From: a bacterium
Lineage (GTDB): Bacteria; Electryoneota; RPQS01
NCBI GenBank assembly: GCA_013360195.1
Contig: JABWCQ010000001.1
Location: 84,168 to 148,167 of the forward strand
DNA length: 64,000 bases
Reading direction: 5' to 3'
Positions 28,269-41,577 of this stretch are shown here, piece after piece; positions within the stretch are counted from its first letter, which is position 1, and each line of letters starts with the position of its first letter. The notes beneath the pieces were generated by a model. That model ran no database searches. It saw only the letters and a list, made by a program, of their open reading frames with translations, and was not told the DNA's origin. Position numbers and translations under genes: made by a program.

Positions 28269-29676
28269 AATTCGAGTTAGATTCGCACCCAGTCCCACTG
28301 GATATCTGCATGTCGGCGGTGCCCGCACTGCCATCTTTAACTGGCTCTTTGCCCGTTCGGTGGGTGGCAAGTTTCTTGTCCGTATCGAAGACACCGACCC
28401 GCAGCGTTCACGCGGAGAACTCGCGCAGATAATTCTCGACGGGCTGGAGTGGCTTGGACTTCATTCCGACGAGGAGATTGTCTATCAATCCGACAGAAAG
28501 CCACGTTTCGTCGAAGTTGCCCACGAACTCATCGCTCGCGGACGAGCCTATCACGATTTCACCACCCTCGAAAAGCTTGAGAAAATGCGCGCTGATTCGC
28601 AGGCGAAAGGCGAAGCGTCCTTTCGTTTCAAGGCCGATTTGGAAAAAGTCCGTGCCGAAGCTCCCGAGCGACTCAAACGGGGTGAACCCTACGCTGTGCG
28701 CTTTGCCGCTCCATCTGAAGATATCGGGTGGATGGATTTGGTGCACGGCAGAGTAAACTACAAGGGAGACGAACTTGAGGACTTTGTCCTGCTCCGTTCC
28801 GACGGCTCGCCGACTTACCATCTGTCTGTTGTATGCGATGACCATGATATGCGCATCTCGCATATTCTCCGTGGTGACGACCACATTTCCAATACACCGA
28901 AACAAATCGCGCTGTATCGCGCCATGGAGTGGGACGTCCCGCAGTTCGGACATGTCCCCTTGATTCTTGGCCCGGACAAAAAGAGACTTTCGAAACGTAC
29001 CGGAGCCGCGTCAGTCGGCGAGTTTCAGGAGAAAGGTTTTCTTCCTCAGGCGCTGTTCAATTTCCTGACCTTGCTTGGCTGGTCGCCCGGAAAAGGTGAC
29101 CGCGAAATCTTCACCCGGGACGAGCTGGTCAAAGTCTTTACGACAGACGGAATCCAGCCGCGCAGCGCCGTCTTTGATGAAGCTAAACTCGAGTGGATGA
29201 ACGGCGAACATCTGCGTATGCTGCCCGAGACCGATGCACTCGACTACTTGGCGGCGCACGCAAAAGACACCAACATCACGCGGGTGCAGCTTGCCAACGC
29301 ATGGCCGCTTGTAAAATCGCGTGTGCGCATGCCTCGCGATATCTTCGAGGAACAGCCCTATCTTTTCAATGACCCCGACGAGTACGATTCCAAGGGTGTC
29401 GAGAAGCATCTTGCTGACCCTGCTGTGTTCGATTACTTAAGTCTGTACATGTCGCGGCTTTCCGACATTCCCTTTGTTCCTGCAGCGCTTGAAACATGTT
29501 TGCGCGAGATTGCCGACAAACACGGAGTGAAAGCCGGTCAACTGATTCATCCGGTTCGCCTTGCATTGACCGGAAAAACTGTCAGCCCCGGACTGTTTGA
29601 ATTGATGGAAGCGTTAGGCCGTGAAACTACCGTAAGACGGTTAAACAAACTGCTGCGGCAGTTCACTACCGCGTGA
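28261..29676 (+). CDS. gltX: Glutamyl-tRNA synthetase
   Basis: IRVRFAPSPTGYLHVGGARTA (HIGH-type motif), RIEDTDPQRS, KLSKR (KMSKS-type motif). ATG at 28261. Confidence 0.9.
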   Translation: MNEIRVRFAPSPTGYLHVGGARTAIFNWLFARSVGGKFLVRIEDTDPQRSRGELAQIILDGLEWLGLHSDEEIVYQSDRKPRFVEVAHELIARGRAYHDFTTLEKLEKMRADSQAKGEASFRFKADLEKVRAEAPERLKRGEPYAVRFAAPSEDIGWMDLVHGRVNYKGDELEDFVLLRSDGSPTYHLSVVCDDHDMRISHILRGDDHISNTPKQIALYRAMEWDVPQFGHVPLILGPDKKRLSKRTGAASVGEFQEKGFLPQALFNFLTLLGWSPGKGDREIFTRDELVKVFTTDGIQPRSAVFDEAKLEWMNGEHLRMLPETDALDYLAAHAKDTNITRVQLANAWPLVKSRVRMPRDIFEEQPYLFNDPDEYDSKGVEKHLADPAVFDYLSLYMSRLSDIPFVPAALETCLREIADKHGVKAGQLIHPVRLALTGKTVSPGLFELMEALGRETTVRRLNKLLRQFTTA

Positions 29677-30749
29677 CCCTGCTCGATCGCTATATACTCT
29701 CCGCGTTCGCGCGGAGTTTTTTCTTTGCGATGCTCGCCGCCGCGATCATCTTTGTTACGATTGACCTCGTTGAGCATCTGGACAAGTTTGTCGACGCCGG
29801 CGTCGGGTTCGACCTCGTCGGCCGCTACTACCTGCTCTACCTCCCCTTCATCGTCTATCTGACCATCCCGGTCGGTGTTCTCCTCGCTACGCTGTTCACT
29901 ATCGGAGGATTTGTCTATCGCAACGAGCTGACCGCCATGCAGGCGTCCGGTGTCAGTTTATGGCGTATTCTCTTCTTGCTGCTCGTCGCAACAGCGCCGC
30001 TCGCCGGAACCGTATGGTACCTCGGGGAAACGGTCGTCCCCAAACTGAATTTCGAACGCAAGGAAATGTATCGTGTCGAAGTGCGAAAAGGAAAAGGCTC
30101 CGTTTCGTCTCGTCAAGGTCGCATCTATCTGCAGACGTCTCCGACTGAATTCCTGAAAATGGAAAGCTACGACCCGAAGATTACCACCGGCTACCGGGTA
30201 CAGCTGCAGGCGGTTGAAGATGGAAAGGTAAGATTTCGCGTGGAAGCGGACAGCCTGAGGTATGTGGACAGTTCGTGGATTTTCACCAACGCGAAAGTGA
30301 CGGAGTTCAGCGATCGCAATGTCTCACTTGTCGAACGTGACTCCATCGTCCGCACGGACTTCAAATTCACGCCTGATGACCTCATCCGGCTGAACATCGA
30401 GCCCGAGGAAATGAGCTACAAAGACATTCAGAGCCTTGTCGGTCGGCTGCAGGCCGCTGGTATTCGCGCGGCGCGATGGTCAGTGGACTTGGCGTTCAAA
30501 TTCTCTCAGCCGTTCGCGACGTTCATTATTGTTCTCTTTGGAGTGCCATTTGCCGCCTTCCGGCGTCGCGGAGGATTAGTGCTCGGCTTCGGTTTATCCC
30601 TGCTGGTTTGCTTCGTCTATTTCGGTTTTCAGCAAGTCGGCAAGATTCTCGGCTACGGCGGTGCGTTGTCGCCGTTGTGGGCGGCATGGATTGGCAACCT
30701 CGTCTTCGGAGTCATCGGTCTGTTTCTCGTCTGGCGAGCACCAAAGTAA
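29673..30749 (+). CDS. LptF/LptG-family LPS export permease
   Basis: MTLLDRYILSAFARSFFFAMLAAAIIFVTIDL... ATGA-type overlap with the gltX stop. Confidence 0.8.
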   Translation: MTLLDRYILSAFARSFFFAMLAAAIIFVTIDLVEHLDKFVDAGVGFDLVGRYYLLYLPFIVYLTIPVGVLLATLFTIGGFVYRNELTAMQASGVSLWRILFLLLVATAPLAGTVWYLGETVVPKLNFERKEMYRVEVRKGKGSVSSRQGRIYLQTSPTEFLKMESYDPKITTGYRVQLQAVEDGKVRFRVEADSLRYVDSSWIFTNAKVTEFSDRNVSLVERDSIVRTDFKFTPDDLIRLNIEPEEMSYKDIQSLVGRLQAAGIRAARWSVDLAFKFSQPFATFIIVLFGVPFAAFRRRGGLVLGFGLSLLVCFVYFGFQQVGKILGYGGALSPLWAAWIGNLVFGVIGLFLVWRAPK

Positions 30750-30766
30750 CAGTATCTGCAAAACGC

Positions 30767-30800
30767 AAAAGAGGCCGCGATATCGCGGCCTCTTCATTTT
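30767..30800. terminator. Bidirectional rho-independent terminator between convergent genes
   Basis: AAGAGGCCGCGA-TAT-CGCGGCCTCTT followed by TCATTTT. Confidence 0.75.
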
Positions 30801-30814
30801 GATACTTCACGCGC

Positions 30815-32065
30815 TTACCAGTATATCGAGTGACCGATTCCGACCGAAAGTCCGCGAGTTGAAGTGAACAATCCGTCATGCCACGCCCAACTGATATCGA
30901 GCGAGTAGTGCGAGGTCCGCACTCCGGTGCCAAGCGCAAGCCTCGTTCCCAACGGTCCGCCTGAACCGAAGCCGCCGCGCACAAGAAGCGGGCCAAAAAC
31001 GGTATACTCCCCTCCGAAGGCAAACTCAGCGCCGGTGTCGCCCTGTGCGCTCTCGACAAGTCGCGCCCGCAGTGTGCCCACAAGCAGCAATTCCTTCGAG
31101 TACTGATAACGGCCGGAGGCTTCAAGCGTAGTCGGTATCTTCGACTCAATGCTGCCGCCGGTGATAACATCGCTTGTGCTATGAAACGCCCGCGAAATGT
31201 AGTCTTCGTCATCCAGAGAATCCACAATCAATCCGGCGGAGTCGATTTCGAATGCGTCAAGCCTCGCTTCCTCCACTACCCAATTGATACTCCCGCCGAC
31301 CTGTTTTGCCGCTACTCCCACCGACCACTTCTGATTTAACTCGGCCAGCAAGCTCAGGTCAAATCCAATGCCGTCTCCGCGATTCGCATGCACCCGCTGT
31401 ATTGCGCCGTAACCTGTCAATGTGGAATCCGTGGCCTTCAGTTCACCCGTAGCATCGGTTATCTTGTCAAAGAACGTTCCGACATAGAAGTGAAATCCCA
31501 ACCCGCCATACAGACCCTTGAAGTAATCTTGTTCAAAACGATAGCCCACGGCCAGACCGGCATCGAAAACTGAGTATTGCTCTCCGCCCAGGTCCTCGAG
31601 CTTATATCCGCGATTGAGTTGATTACCGTACAACGCGAGCTCAAACAGCTCCTTGTCGGCCGTGACGTCAAACGCGGTCTCGTGCGACAGCTGGAAGGCT
31701 GCCTGTCGGTACACCGCACCAAATACGGGTGCCGACACCATGCCCGACACATTCAAACCGTCGTCGGGAATATTGCCGATGATAACCCGCTTGTCCTCTG
31801 AGGAAACGTATCCATCCCGCGCGATTTGGTCATTCCACTCGTTCACACTGAATGCGTTGTTGCGCGCTCCCGCGGATATTCCCGGCAGGTCAATCCGCCA
31901 CTTCCCAATGGTTGGACGGGAAAGCACGCCGGCATTGCCGTGAAGGACGTCTGATGATCGTTCGTGCAAATCCGCTGCACCCGCAAATCCAAGCGAACGT
32001 CCTGACGGTGCTTGTCCCAGTGACGTGCCCGCAAAGAGGAAGAGCAAAATAAGCAGTGGAATCAT
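30815..32065 (-). CDS. Putative outer-membrane beta-barrel protein (FadL/PorV-like fold is speculative)
   Basis: Signal peptide MIPLLILLFLFAGTSLGQA. Alternating amphipathic strands. C-terminal aromatic residue ...GIGHSIYW. 4-nt overlap with the upstream lipoprotein gene. Confidence 0.45.
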   Translation of the reverse strand: MIPLLILLFLFAGTSLGQAPSGRSLGFAGAADLHERSSDVLHGNAGVLSRPTIGKWRIDLPGISAGARNNAFSVNEWNDQIARDGYVSSEDKRVIIGNIPDDGLNVSGMVSAPVFGAVYRQAAFQLSHETAFDVTADKELFELALYGNQLNRGYKLEDLGGEQYSVFDAGLAVGYRFEQDYFKGLYGGLGFHFYVGTFFDKITDATGELKATDSTLTGYGAIQRVHANRGDGIGFDLSLLAELNQKWSVGVAAKQVGGSINWVVEEARLDAFEIDSAGLIVDSLDDEDYISRAFHSTSDVITGGSIESKIPTTLEASGRYQYSKELLLVGTLRARLVESAQGDTGAEFAFGGEYTVFGPLLVRGGFGSGGPLGTRLALGTGVRTSHYSLDISWAWHDGLFTSTRGLSVGIGHSIYW

Positions 32066-34055
32066 CGCACCTCGCCGGGATCAACCGTGTAACGTACTTT
32101 CGCGAGCGCGTGAACGTTCAGATAGTCGCTGCCGTGCACGATGAGTGTATCGCCGTCAATGGCGTCAACCTGAATCTGCGTGCGCACGAAAAACCCGTCC
32201 GACTTGAAGTAGTTAATCCACCGTTCATTCAGCTCAATCGAGAACTGGTAACGGCTGGCATTGACCGCGCGCCCGCTAACAATTGTTGGTTCGGGAATAT
32301 TCACGTCAAACAGCGTGTCAACGTCCGCCTCCGAATTCTCAATGACATTCAAGCTGTCATAGTCCGCGACGAGATAGCATCGCCCTCCGACTGGAAGGTG
32401 ATTCCACAATGTGATGATTGCCTCGCCGCTCTGAATGTCCTCAAGGTCGCCGGGTTCAACTTTTTCCACAGTGCCGACCGGCTCCAAAGTGTCCGTTATG
32501 ATTACGGCAAGAGCCGCGCGAAGCTCAAGTGCCAACGACACCTCAGTATTGTTGAACACCGCTACTTCGCCTGATAGCGTGGCGTTGCCGTCCGCAGTCA
32601 GAAGATCGGGATATTCCGCGAGCAAATCTGCCAAGCCTGGGATAATCGTCACACTGCTGTCTTCCAATTCGAGATTCTCAACGTGAATGGTGGAAGTGCC
32701 GACCTGAGAGCCGTTCAGCCATGTCACTGCATCCACGTCGGAACTTAATACTCCGCCTATACCGTGATCCACGTGAATTCTTGCTTCAACTTCAAGCGGT
32801 CGCACGACTTCCCACCCTTGCGGAGGCCGCTCAATGTCAATCGAGAGTGAGTCAAAGGTTAACTCAAGATTATTCAATGAGCCGTCGAAGTACTCAACTG
32901 ACAGACGTTCAATCTGAATTCTGCCAAATACTCTTTCTTCGCCACTGACGAACTCGCGACGGTCGTCCGGTGACGGAGTGTGTGAAGTCAATTCACCTGT
33001 AATCGTTTGTTCGTTGTCACCCTCAGGCCGCAGCCTGTATTGCGCCAGCGGTATCACGACGACATCCGAATCTCCCGGCATCAGAAACCGCGATACAACC
33101 AACGTATCATTCAATCGGCTTACCAAATTCGGTATTTTGAGAATCACCGTGTCCGCGAACTGCGTGTGATTGCCAAGAGTGATGGTCATTGAGCCGCTCT
33201 CTATCACAACCAAATCTATGTGATGCTGCTGTTCAATCGCCAATGCGCTGTCTCGCGTCACCGTTTGCTCCGGTATGATTCCGTAAAATTGTGATGCGGT
33301 CACCGTGTCAATCGTGGCCGTCACGGAAATCCTGTCTGTGGAGTCAATCGTAATTTGTGATCCACCGGATCCGGTTGCTTGAAGCGATAACGCAAACACT
33401 CCGTACTGTGTTACACCTCCAAGCGAAGCGGTCGTAACGCGCTGCTGATCCGAAGCAAGCTCGTCAAACGTGGCCACAACCACATGTCCGGCGCGCACGG
33501 TCACGTCTTGCACGGAATACGGGAGACGGTTTGCAACGATGAGAGATATTCTTCCCGTGTCAACTTCCAGACTGTCATACCCCGCAGGCAAGGGCAGCAG
33601 CGTCGTTGCCTGTAAATTGTGCTGTGGAATGTCCTGTGTCGTTCCGTGCAGTGATCCTATCTGCGGATTCAATGTGCCCAGCGAGTAGAACAGCAGAGTG
33701 TCATAATCCAGCGGCACCTCGATCGCGGTCACATGTCGGTCAATCGACAGGGCGATCTCTCTGACATACAAGCTGTCTCCGATACCCGCCGATAGATTCG
33801 CCCACGCGCTAAAGTAAACCGAACTGTCCTCTTCCATACCGACTCCGGAACCTTCGCGTCGTAACGTCGTGTCCGGATCGGCAAGTTCCCAGATTCCGTA
33901 TGTCCGCGTACCGAACGGGACATTCAAGTCGACGTCCCAGTAGAGTTCACCCGGTCCCTGCGGAATTTCACATCCCGACACAATCGACAAGGTCACCAAA
34001 CACAAAAGACGGAGTAATCTCCGTCTCTTGAGTGTCTTGTCGTGAAGACCGAACA

Positions 34056-34056
<1 letters not shown>
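32062..34056 (-). CDS. Large hypothetical lipoprotein
   Basis: Lipobox LSIVSGC after a basic N-terminus (start taken at MFGLHDKTLKRRRLL, TGATG overlap with the ahcY stop). No catalytic motif recognised. Confidence 0.45.
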
Positions 34057-36505
<2,449 letters not shown>

Positions 36506-36548
36506 TGCTGGGTTTTACTGCTCCGTCGTATTGTGAAAAATTGAAATC

Positions 36549-37550
36549 CTATAACTCGTCGCCTTCGCCAGGCCCTTCGATGATCGCACTCGAGTCCCCC
36601 AGGTTGTATCGGTGAAAACTCCCCTTCACCACCGCGTTGTTCCCTACTAAACTGCCCGTGACAAGCGCGTCTTCGACCCGCGATCCGTCCCCAAGAATCG
36701 CATCCCTGACCATCGCATTTCTGATCTCCGCCCCCTGACCGACAGTCGCATGAGGACCGACAATCGCTCGCTCGATGTGCGCCTCCGGATGAATGAATAC
36801 CGGCGGAATAATTACGACTCCGTCGCGTGTTTCCACATGATTGCCGTTCAGACGGTCGAGCAAACGCCGGTTCGTTTCCAAAAGGGTCTCCGGTTTCCCG
36901 CAGTCAAACCAATTGTCAACCGCAAAGGTGGAGATGGGAACTTCGCGCTCCACCATCAACTGCAATGCGTCCGTGAGTTGATACTCGCCCCGCGTCGTTA
37001 AGTTCCGTTCAAACAAAGTCTCAATAGACTGCTTCAGCTCCTGCGCCTGCCGAATCAAATAGATACCGACGATCACAAGATTTGAACGCGGATTCTCAGG
37101 CTTCTCCACCAGTCGCGATACCATCTCGTCACGGGTTTCGACGACACCGAAGCGCCGCGGATCCTCAACGGTCTTTACTCCGATCGCGCTTGTGAGGCTG
37201 TTACTCAACACGGCACTAAGGTCAATCTCGAATATCGTGTCTCCCAGAATGACCAGCACTTCACGGTCGTGCTCAGTGAGTCCCAGATGCACCGCATGCG
37301 CAAGACCCCGCGCTTCTTGCTGAACCACAAACTCTGATGGAATGGAGTAGTTGTCGCGGACGTAGCGCTCGATCAAGTCGCCCATTGCACCAACCACTAA
37401 AGTGACTTGGTCTATGCCCGAGGCGATTAAATGATCAAGTATGTGTCCGAGAATAGGTTTCCCGGCCACATTGAGGAGTACTTTGGGCCGGGTAAATGTG
37501 TGGGGCCGAAGGCGGGAACCTACTCCCGCGACCGGAATTATTGCTTTCAC
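36549..37550 (-). CDS. Sugar-phosphate nucleotidyltransferase with C-terminal left-handed beta-helix (GlmU / G1P-nucleotidyltransferase-like)
   Basis: MKAIIPVAGVGSRLRP..RPK is the NTP-transferase signature. Hexapeptide repeats in the C-terminal third. Confidence 0.75.
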   Translation of the reverse strand: MKAIIPVAGVGSRLRPHTFTRPKVLLNVAGKPILGHILDHLIASGIDQVTLVVGAMGDLIERYVRDNYSIPSEFVVQQEARGLAHAVHLGLTEHDREVLVILGDTIFEIDLSAVLSNSLTSAIGVKTVEDPRRFGVVETRDEMVSRLVEKPENPRSNLVIVGIYLIRQAQELKQSIETLFERNLTTRGEYQLTDALQLMVEREVPISTFAVDNWFDCGKPETLLETNRRLLDRLNGNHVETRDGVVIIPPVFIHPEAHIERAIVGPHATVGQGAEIRNAMVRDAILGDGSRVEDALVTGSLVGNNAVVKGSFHRYNLGDSSAIIEGPGEGDEL

Positions 37551-37605
37551 AGAGGCCGTTTACAAAACTTAAAGTCTTGTAATCTACGGATTTCCCCCGA
37601 ATAAA

Positions 37606-38685
37606 TCAAGACCCGGTAAGGAGATTTTTAAGCCCTGTAATCTTCGGGATTTCCATGGGGTCTTCCGCTCGGAGTATTGCAAGATACACCGTCGCGGCAT
37701 CAAGCAGCAGCATCAACCTGATGCCCTGCTCAAGCCTGCCAAGCCCTGTTCCGAAGTAGTCGCTGGGGCTAAGCCGCAGCGTCGCCACCCCCATTTTACT
37801 CAGCATCTCCTCCATCGGGCCGCGCGGATCGGCGAACGTCCCTTGTGTCGCCCATTCGCCGAGGAACATCACCATCGGCGGCGGCAGCACCTGTGCCAGA
37901 TGCGCGAACGCTTCAACTTCGTTATGAGCAAGCTCCGGCAAGTCCGAAGCGTGCGACCACACTTTGCTGTTCTCTGCAAGCTGTGCCCGCAGGCGGAATG
38001 CCAGCGCCGGACCAAGCAAGCCGTCACATGTATAAATCACGGGCGTGCGGTCGACAAGTCTAACCGCCAAATCAAGGGCCGGATTTTCATCCCGTGAAAG
38101 TATCGCGTAGCGCTGTGCATCCTCGTGCAATCTCTTCAGCGGCCACGCGTTGAGTGAAGGATCGTGAAAATCATACACTCGCTGAAACAACCTGTGCATC
38201 GCCCCCAACGAGAACCCCACCGCCGCGCGCGGTGGATAGCCTCCTGGCAGGTTCAGAAACGGAATATGATCAGAATGTGCTTTCTGCTCCAACCTTCCGC
38301 CGCTCGATACCGCAAGCCATACCTGTCGCGGATCTACTTCCGTCAAAGCTTGCACTGCCTCAACCGTATTCCCGGAGTAACTGCATACCAGTCGCGGCAA
38401 ATGCGAGGCACGTGAGTGCCGCCGCACGAACAAACGCACGTCGATTGCCGGAGGTTCTACTCCAAAAGCCTGCAGCAAATCTCCTGACACCGCGCTTCCT
38501 CCAAGCCCGAACCAGTCCAGCATTGGTTCTGGTCTCAACTTATTGTGCAGCAAAAACTCATCGGCAATCTCTATCCCCCGCTGTATCTGCTTGTCCAGCT
38601 CAAGTGTCTTGCCCAGCATATCACTCGGATCAAGCTGCTTGAGCCGTGTTTCCGTCAACTGAATTGCTTTTGTAGTAATAGTCAT
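37606..38685 (-). CDS. SIS-domain bifunctional phosphoglucose/phosphomannose isomerase-like protein
   Basis: Overall layout and SIS-type segments (..LVCSYSGNTVEAVQAL..). Its size fits the PGI/PMI family. Confidence 0.55.
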   Translation of the reverse strand: MTITTKAIQLTETRLKQLDPSDMLGKTLELDKQIQRGIEIADEFLLHNKLRPEPMLDWFGLGGSAVSGDLLQAFGVEPPAIDVRLFVRRHSRASHLPRLVCSYSGNTVEAVQALTEVDPRQVWLAVSSGGRLEQKAHSDHIPFLNLPGGYPPRAAVGFSLGAMHRLFQRVYDFHDPSLNAWPLKRLHEDAQRYAILSRDENPALDLAVRLVDRTPVIYTCDGLLGPALAFRLRAQLAENSKVWSHASDLPELAHNEVEAFAHLAQVLPPPMVMFLGEWATQGTFADPRGPMEEMLSKMGVATLRLSPSDYFGTGLGRLEQGIRLMLLLDAATVYLAILRAEDPMEIPKITGLKNLLTGS

Positions 38686-38778
38686 TTTGGTCCTGTATCA
38701 AAATCGCGGGCGGCCATTGGGCCGCTGTCATCAAAAATCTAAGGCCTTGCGCCGGATCATAACCCGCTTATCAATCGG

Positions 38779-40599
38779 CTAACTGAACCAGATCGGCAAA
38801 TCCGCAAACCTCTTTTTCAGTTCTCCCCGCATGTAGGTCATGATCTCTTGCGAAGTGTCCATCTTGAGCGCTTTGCGCGTTATGCGACGGCACTCGTCGT
38901 ACGTCATGCTGCGGATAATCTTCTTGATCTCTGGAATCATCGCGGATGTCATCGAGATCTCCTGCATCCCCATTCCCACCAAAAGCGGTGTCGCAGCCGG
39001 ACTTCCGCCCAGCTCGCCGCAGATTCCCACATGCACTCCTCGTCGTTCACCGGCCTTCACCGTCGTCTCGATCAAATGCAGTACTGCCGGATGATAGCTG
39101 CGATAGTACGATGCAACCTGTTCGTTGGCGCGGTCGGTCGCCGTCGTGTATTGAATCAAATCATTGGTGCCAATCGAAAAGAAATTACACTCTTCGGCCA
39201 GCCTGTCCGCCATAATTGCCGCCGAAGGTATTTCCACCATGATCCCGACAGGTATGTTGGGGTCGAACGCAAGCTTGCGCTGGTTCAGCTCCTGCTTCGC
39301 CTCTTCCAATACCGCCTTGGCTTCGCGAATCTCCTCGAAACCGGACACGAACGGGAACATCACACGCACGTTGCCCCGCGCCGACGCCCGCAGTATCGCG
39401 CGCAGCTGCGCTCTGAATAAATCACGTCTCGATAGCGACACCCGAATCGCTCTGTATCCCAAAAACGGATTCTTCTCGTTGTGTATGTTGATTCCTGCGT
39501 GATACTTGTCCCCGCCCAAATCAAACGTGCGAATCACAACCGGATGAGGTGCCATAATCTCCGCCGCTCGATCATACATACCGAACTGCTCGTCCTCTGT
39601 CGGAGTCGTTTCACGGGTCAAAAACAGAAATTCGCTCCGAAATAACCCTACCCCCGTTCCGCCGTGCGACAGCACCGACTCCGCTTCGCGCGGAAGCTCG
39701 ATGTTGCCCCAAAGATGAATCTCCCTGCCGTCCAAAGTCATCGCAGGCTGATCCTTGATGTCCTCAAGATACCGCTGAAAACTCCGGAACCGCTCACGCT
39801 TCTCTTTGTACTCCACAAACGACGCCTGCGTTGGATGCAATATCACCTTGCCGCTGTTTCCATTCAGGATGATGTTATCTCCGTCCTGAACCTTGCTGGA
39901 GACATCTCCGATTCCAACGATCGTCGGAATGTCCAGACTGCGCGCCAAAATCGCCGTGTGCGACGTCAAGCCGCCGATATCCGTCGCGATTCCGTGCACC
40001 AATTCCCTGTCCAGATTCAACGCCTGAGTCGGTGTCAAATCCTCCGCTACCAGAATGATTTCATGCGTCGGATGATCCGGAATAATATCCCCCTCGCCCC
40101 GCAAGTATCGCAGAAGCCGCGTCTTTACGTCGCGCAGGTCCATTGCCCGCTCACGAAACACTTCCCCGGTGGTTTTGCTGATGACTTCAATCATCTGGCC
40201 GAACGAATCGTGAACGATGTATTCCGCGTCGAACTGCTCGCGGGTAATGCGTGCGCGAACTTGATCATGGAATATCTCGTCCGCTAAAATCAGCAAATGC
40301 GCGTCGAATATCTTGCCCACGGCGACTCCGGCCACATCCAGCGCTCGTTCCCGTGAACGTTCAATCGCCGCGCGAGTCTCGTCAAGAGCACGGTCAAATC
40401 GAGCCAGCTCGTTCGGAACTTCGGACGGAGCAAGCTTGCGCGGCATGACGTCCGGCTCGTCGTACACCATCCGGTGCACTAGACCAATCGCGATCCCCGG
40501 CGATGCCGGAATCCCGCGAAGTATCTGCTCCTTCTTCACCGTGCTTGCCACCGGATTACTCCTCGTAAAATTTGTTCTCAAACAACTCCACCAGTTCAT
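38779..40599 (-). CDS. ptsI: PTS phosphoenolpyruvate-protein phosphotransferase (Enzyme I)
   Basis: ILRGIPASPGIAIGLVH, the His-domain and the PEP-utilising TIM-barrel motifs. The true start is probably near 40539 (VKKEQILRGI), because the first 20 codons overlap ptsH. Confidence 0.88.
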   Translation of the reverse strand: MNWWSCLRTNFTRSNPVASTVKKEQILRGIPASPGIAIGLVHRMVYDEPDVMPRKLAPSEVPNELARFDRALDETRAAIERSRERALDVAGVAVGKIFDAHLLILADEIFHDQVRARITREQFDAEYIVHDSFGQMIEVISKTTGEVFRERAMDLRDVKTRLLRYLRGEGDIIPDHPTHEIILVAEDLTPTQALNLDRELVHGIATDIGGLTSHTAILARSLDIPTIVGIGDVSSKVQDGDNIILNGNSGKVILHPTQASFVEYKEKRERFRSFQRYLEDIKDQPAMTLDGREIHLWGNIELPREAESVLSHGGTGVGLFRSEFLFLTRETTPTEDEQFGMYDRAAEIMAPHPVVIRTFDLGGDKYHAGINIHNEKNPFLGYRAIRVSLSRRDLFRAQLRAILRASARGNVRVMFPFVSGFEEIREAKAVLEEAKQELNQRKLAFDPNIPVGIMVEIPSAAIMADRLAEECNFFSIGTNDLIQYTTATDRANEQVASYYRSYHPAVLHLIETTVKAGERRGVHVGICGELGGSPAATPLLVGMGMQEISMTSAMIPEIKKIIRSMTYDECRRITRKALKMDTSQEIMTYMRGELKKRFADLPIWFS

Positions 40600-40822
40600 T
40601 CAAGAGCTGCTGCTCGTCCTCGCCCACGCATTCGAGAATCAAGGTGCTCCCCCTGCCCGCTGCAAGCATCATCACTCCCATGATGCTCTTGCCGTTCACA
40701 CGCATCCCGTCTTTCAAAAGATAGACATCCGACTTGTACTTCTCGGCAATCTTGGTCAATTGAGCGGCGGGACGAATGTGAAGTCCCAATCGGTTCAGCA
40801 GAGTGACTTCTTTTTGGATCAC
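40556..40822 (-). CDS. ptsH: Phosphocarrier protein HPr
   Basis: VIQKEVTLLNRLGLHIRPAAQL matches the HPr active-site His15 region (..GLHxRPA..). The GTG start at 40822 forms GTGA with the IID stop. The ORF track extends it artificially to 41182. Confidence 0.75.
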   Translation of the reverse strand: MIQKEVTLLNRLGLHIRPAAQLTKIAEKYKSDVYLLKDGMRVNGKSIMGVMMLAAGRGSTLILECVGEDEQQLLNELVELFENKFYEE

Positions 40823-41577
40823 GGCAGTAGTGGTGTTGATATCGTGAAATAATAAATTGCAAACGAACAAAGCACGGTCACAAATGCGACCGTCAAAGTG
40901 CTGAAGCGCATATAGACTGCGCCAACCATGACGATGAATCCGGCGATGTACTGCAGCAGCGATACGCCGCTGTCTCCAGTGATTCTCGACAGTGTGGCAC
41001 CGATCACGGCACCTGCCGCCGCGATTCCGAATCCACGCATAAACTTCTGAATTGCCGGCAGGGCGGAGTGGAGGGCAAGTTCGCTCACGCGCTCGCCCAG
41101 CGCAAAGCCGTGCGAGAATCCCCAGTTCCGAAACCACCACAAACTCAAATTGTAAATCGCCAGCACGGACGCCGCGCCCCACACCCAGTTTGTCATCCAG
41201 TTATTCGTTGGGATGAGCATGAGCAAGACCAGCACCGCAAGCAAGCCGGGTTTGTATCGCTCCCAGATTAACGAATCGCCGATTGCTCCAAGCGGCGTTG
41301 ACAAACTGCGTTTCCACTCCATCAACTCCTTGGCTTTCTGATCGTCAACCGGCTCACGCAGGCGTTTCGACAAGGCTCCAAGAGCAATACCTGAAAATGC
41401 CGGATGGCCGTTGATAAAACTCGCTGCGGTTCGTGTCGCCTGTTCGTCAAGCTTCCGTCCCTCACCGCGCAAAGCAAGCAAATAGCCCGGTCCCTGCATT
41501 GTCTTGTAGTTCAAAAACAGCTGCAAACCAAGCGAGCGCAGCAAAATCTTCGTTCTGCCCGGATTCTGTTGGCTCAT
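40819..41577 (-). CDS. PTS mannose/fructose/sorbose-family IID component
   Basis: LRSLGLQLFLNYKTMQGPGYLLAL matches the EIID signature. ATG at 41577 forms ATGA with the IIC stop. Confidence 0.75.
   Translation of the reverse strand: MSQQNPGRTKILLRSLGLQLFLNYKTMQGPGYLLALRGEGRKLDEQATRTAASFINGHPAFSGIALGALSKRLREPVDDQKAKELMEWKRSLSTPLGAIGDSLIWERYKPGLLAVLVLLMLIPTNNWMTNWVWGAASVLAIYNLSLWWFRNWGFSHGFALGERVSELALHSALPAIQKFMRGFGIAAAGAVIGATLSRITGDSGVSLLQYIAGFIVMVGAVYMRFSTLTVAFVTVLCSFAIYYFTISTPLLP

Noticed and set aside
38848-40852. Several 80-210-aa plus-strand ORFs (38848-39420, 39164-39502, 39664-40287, 40313-40852)
   Set aside because: All lie antisense to ptsI/ptsH, whose products match Enzyme I and HPr motifs along their full length.
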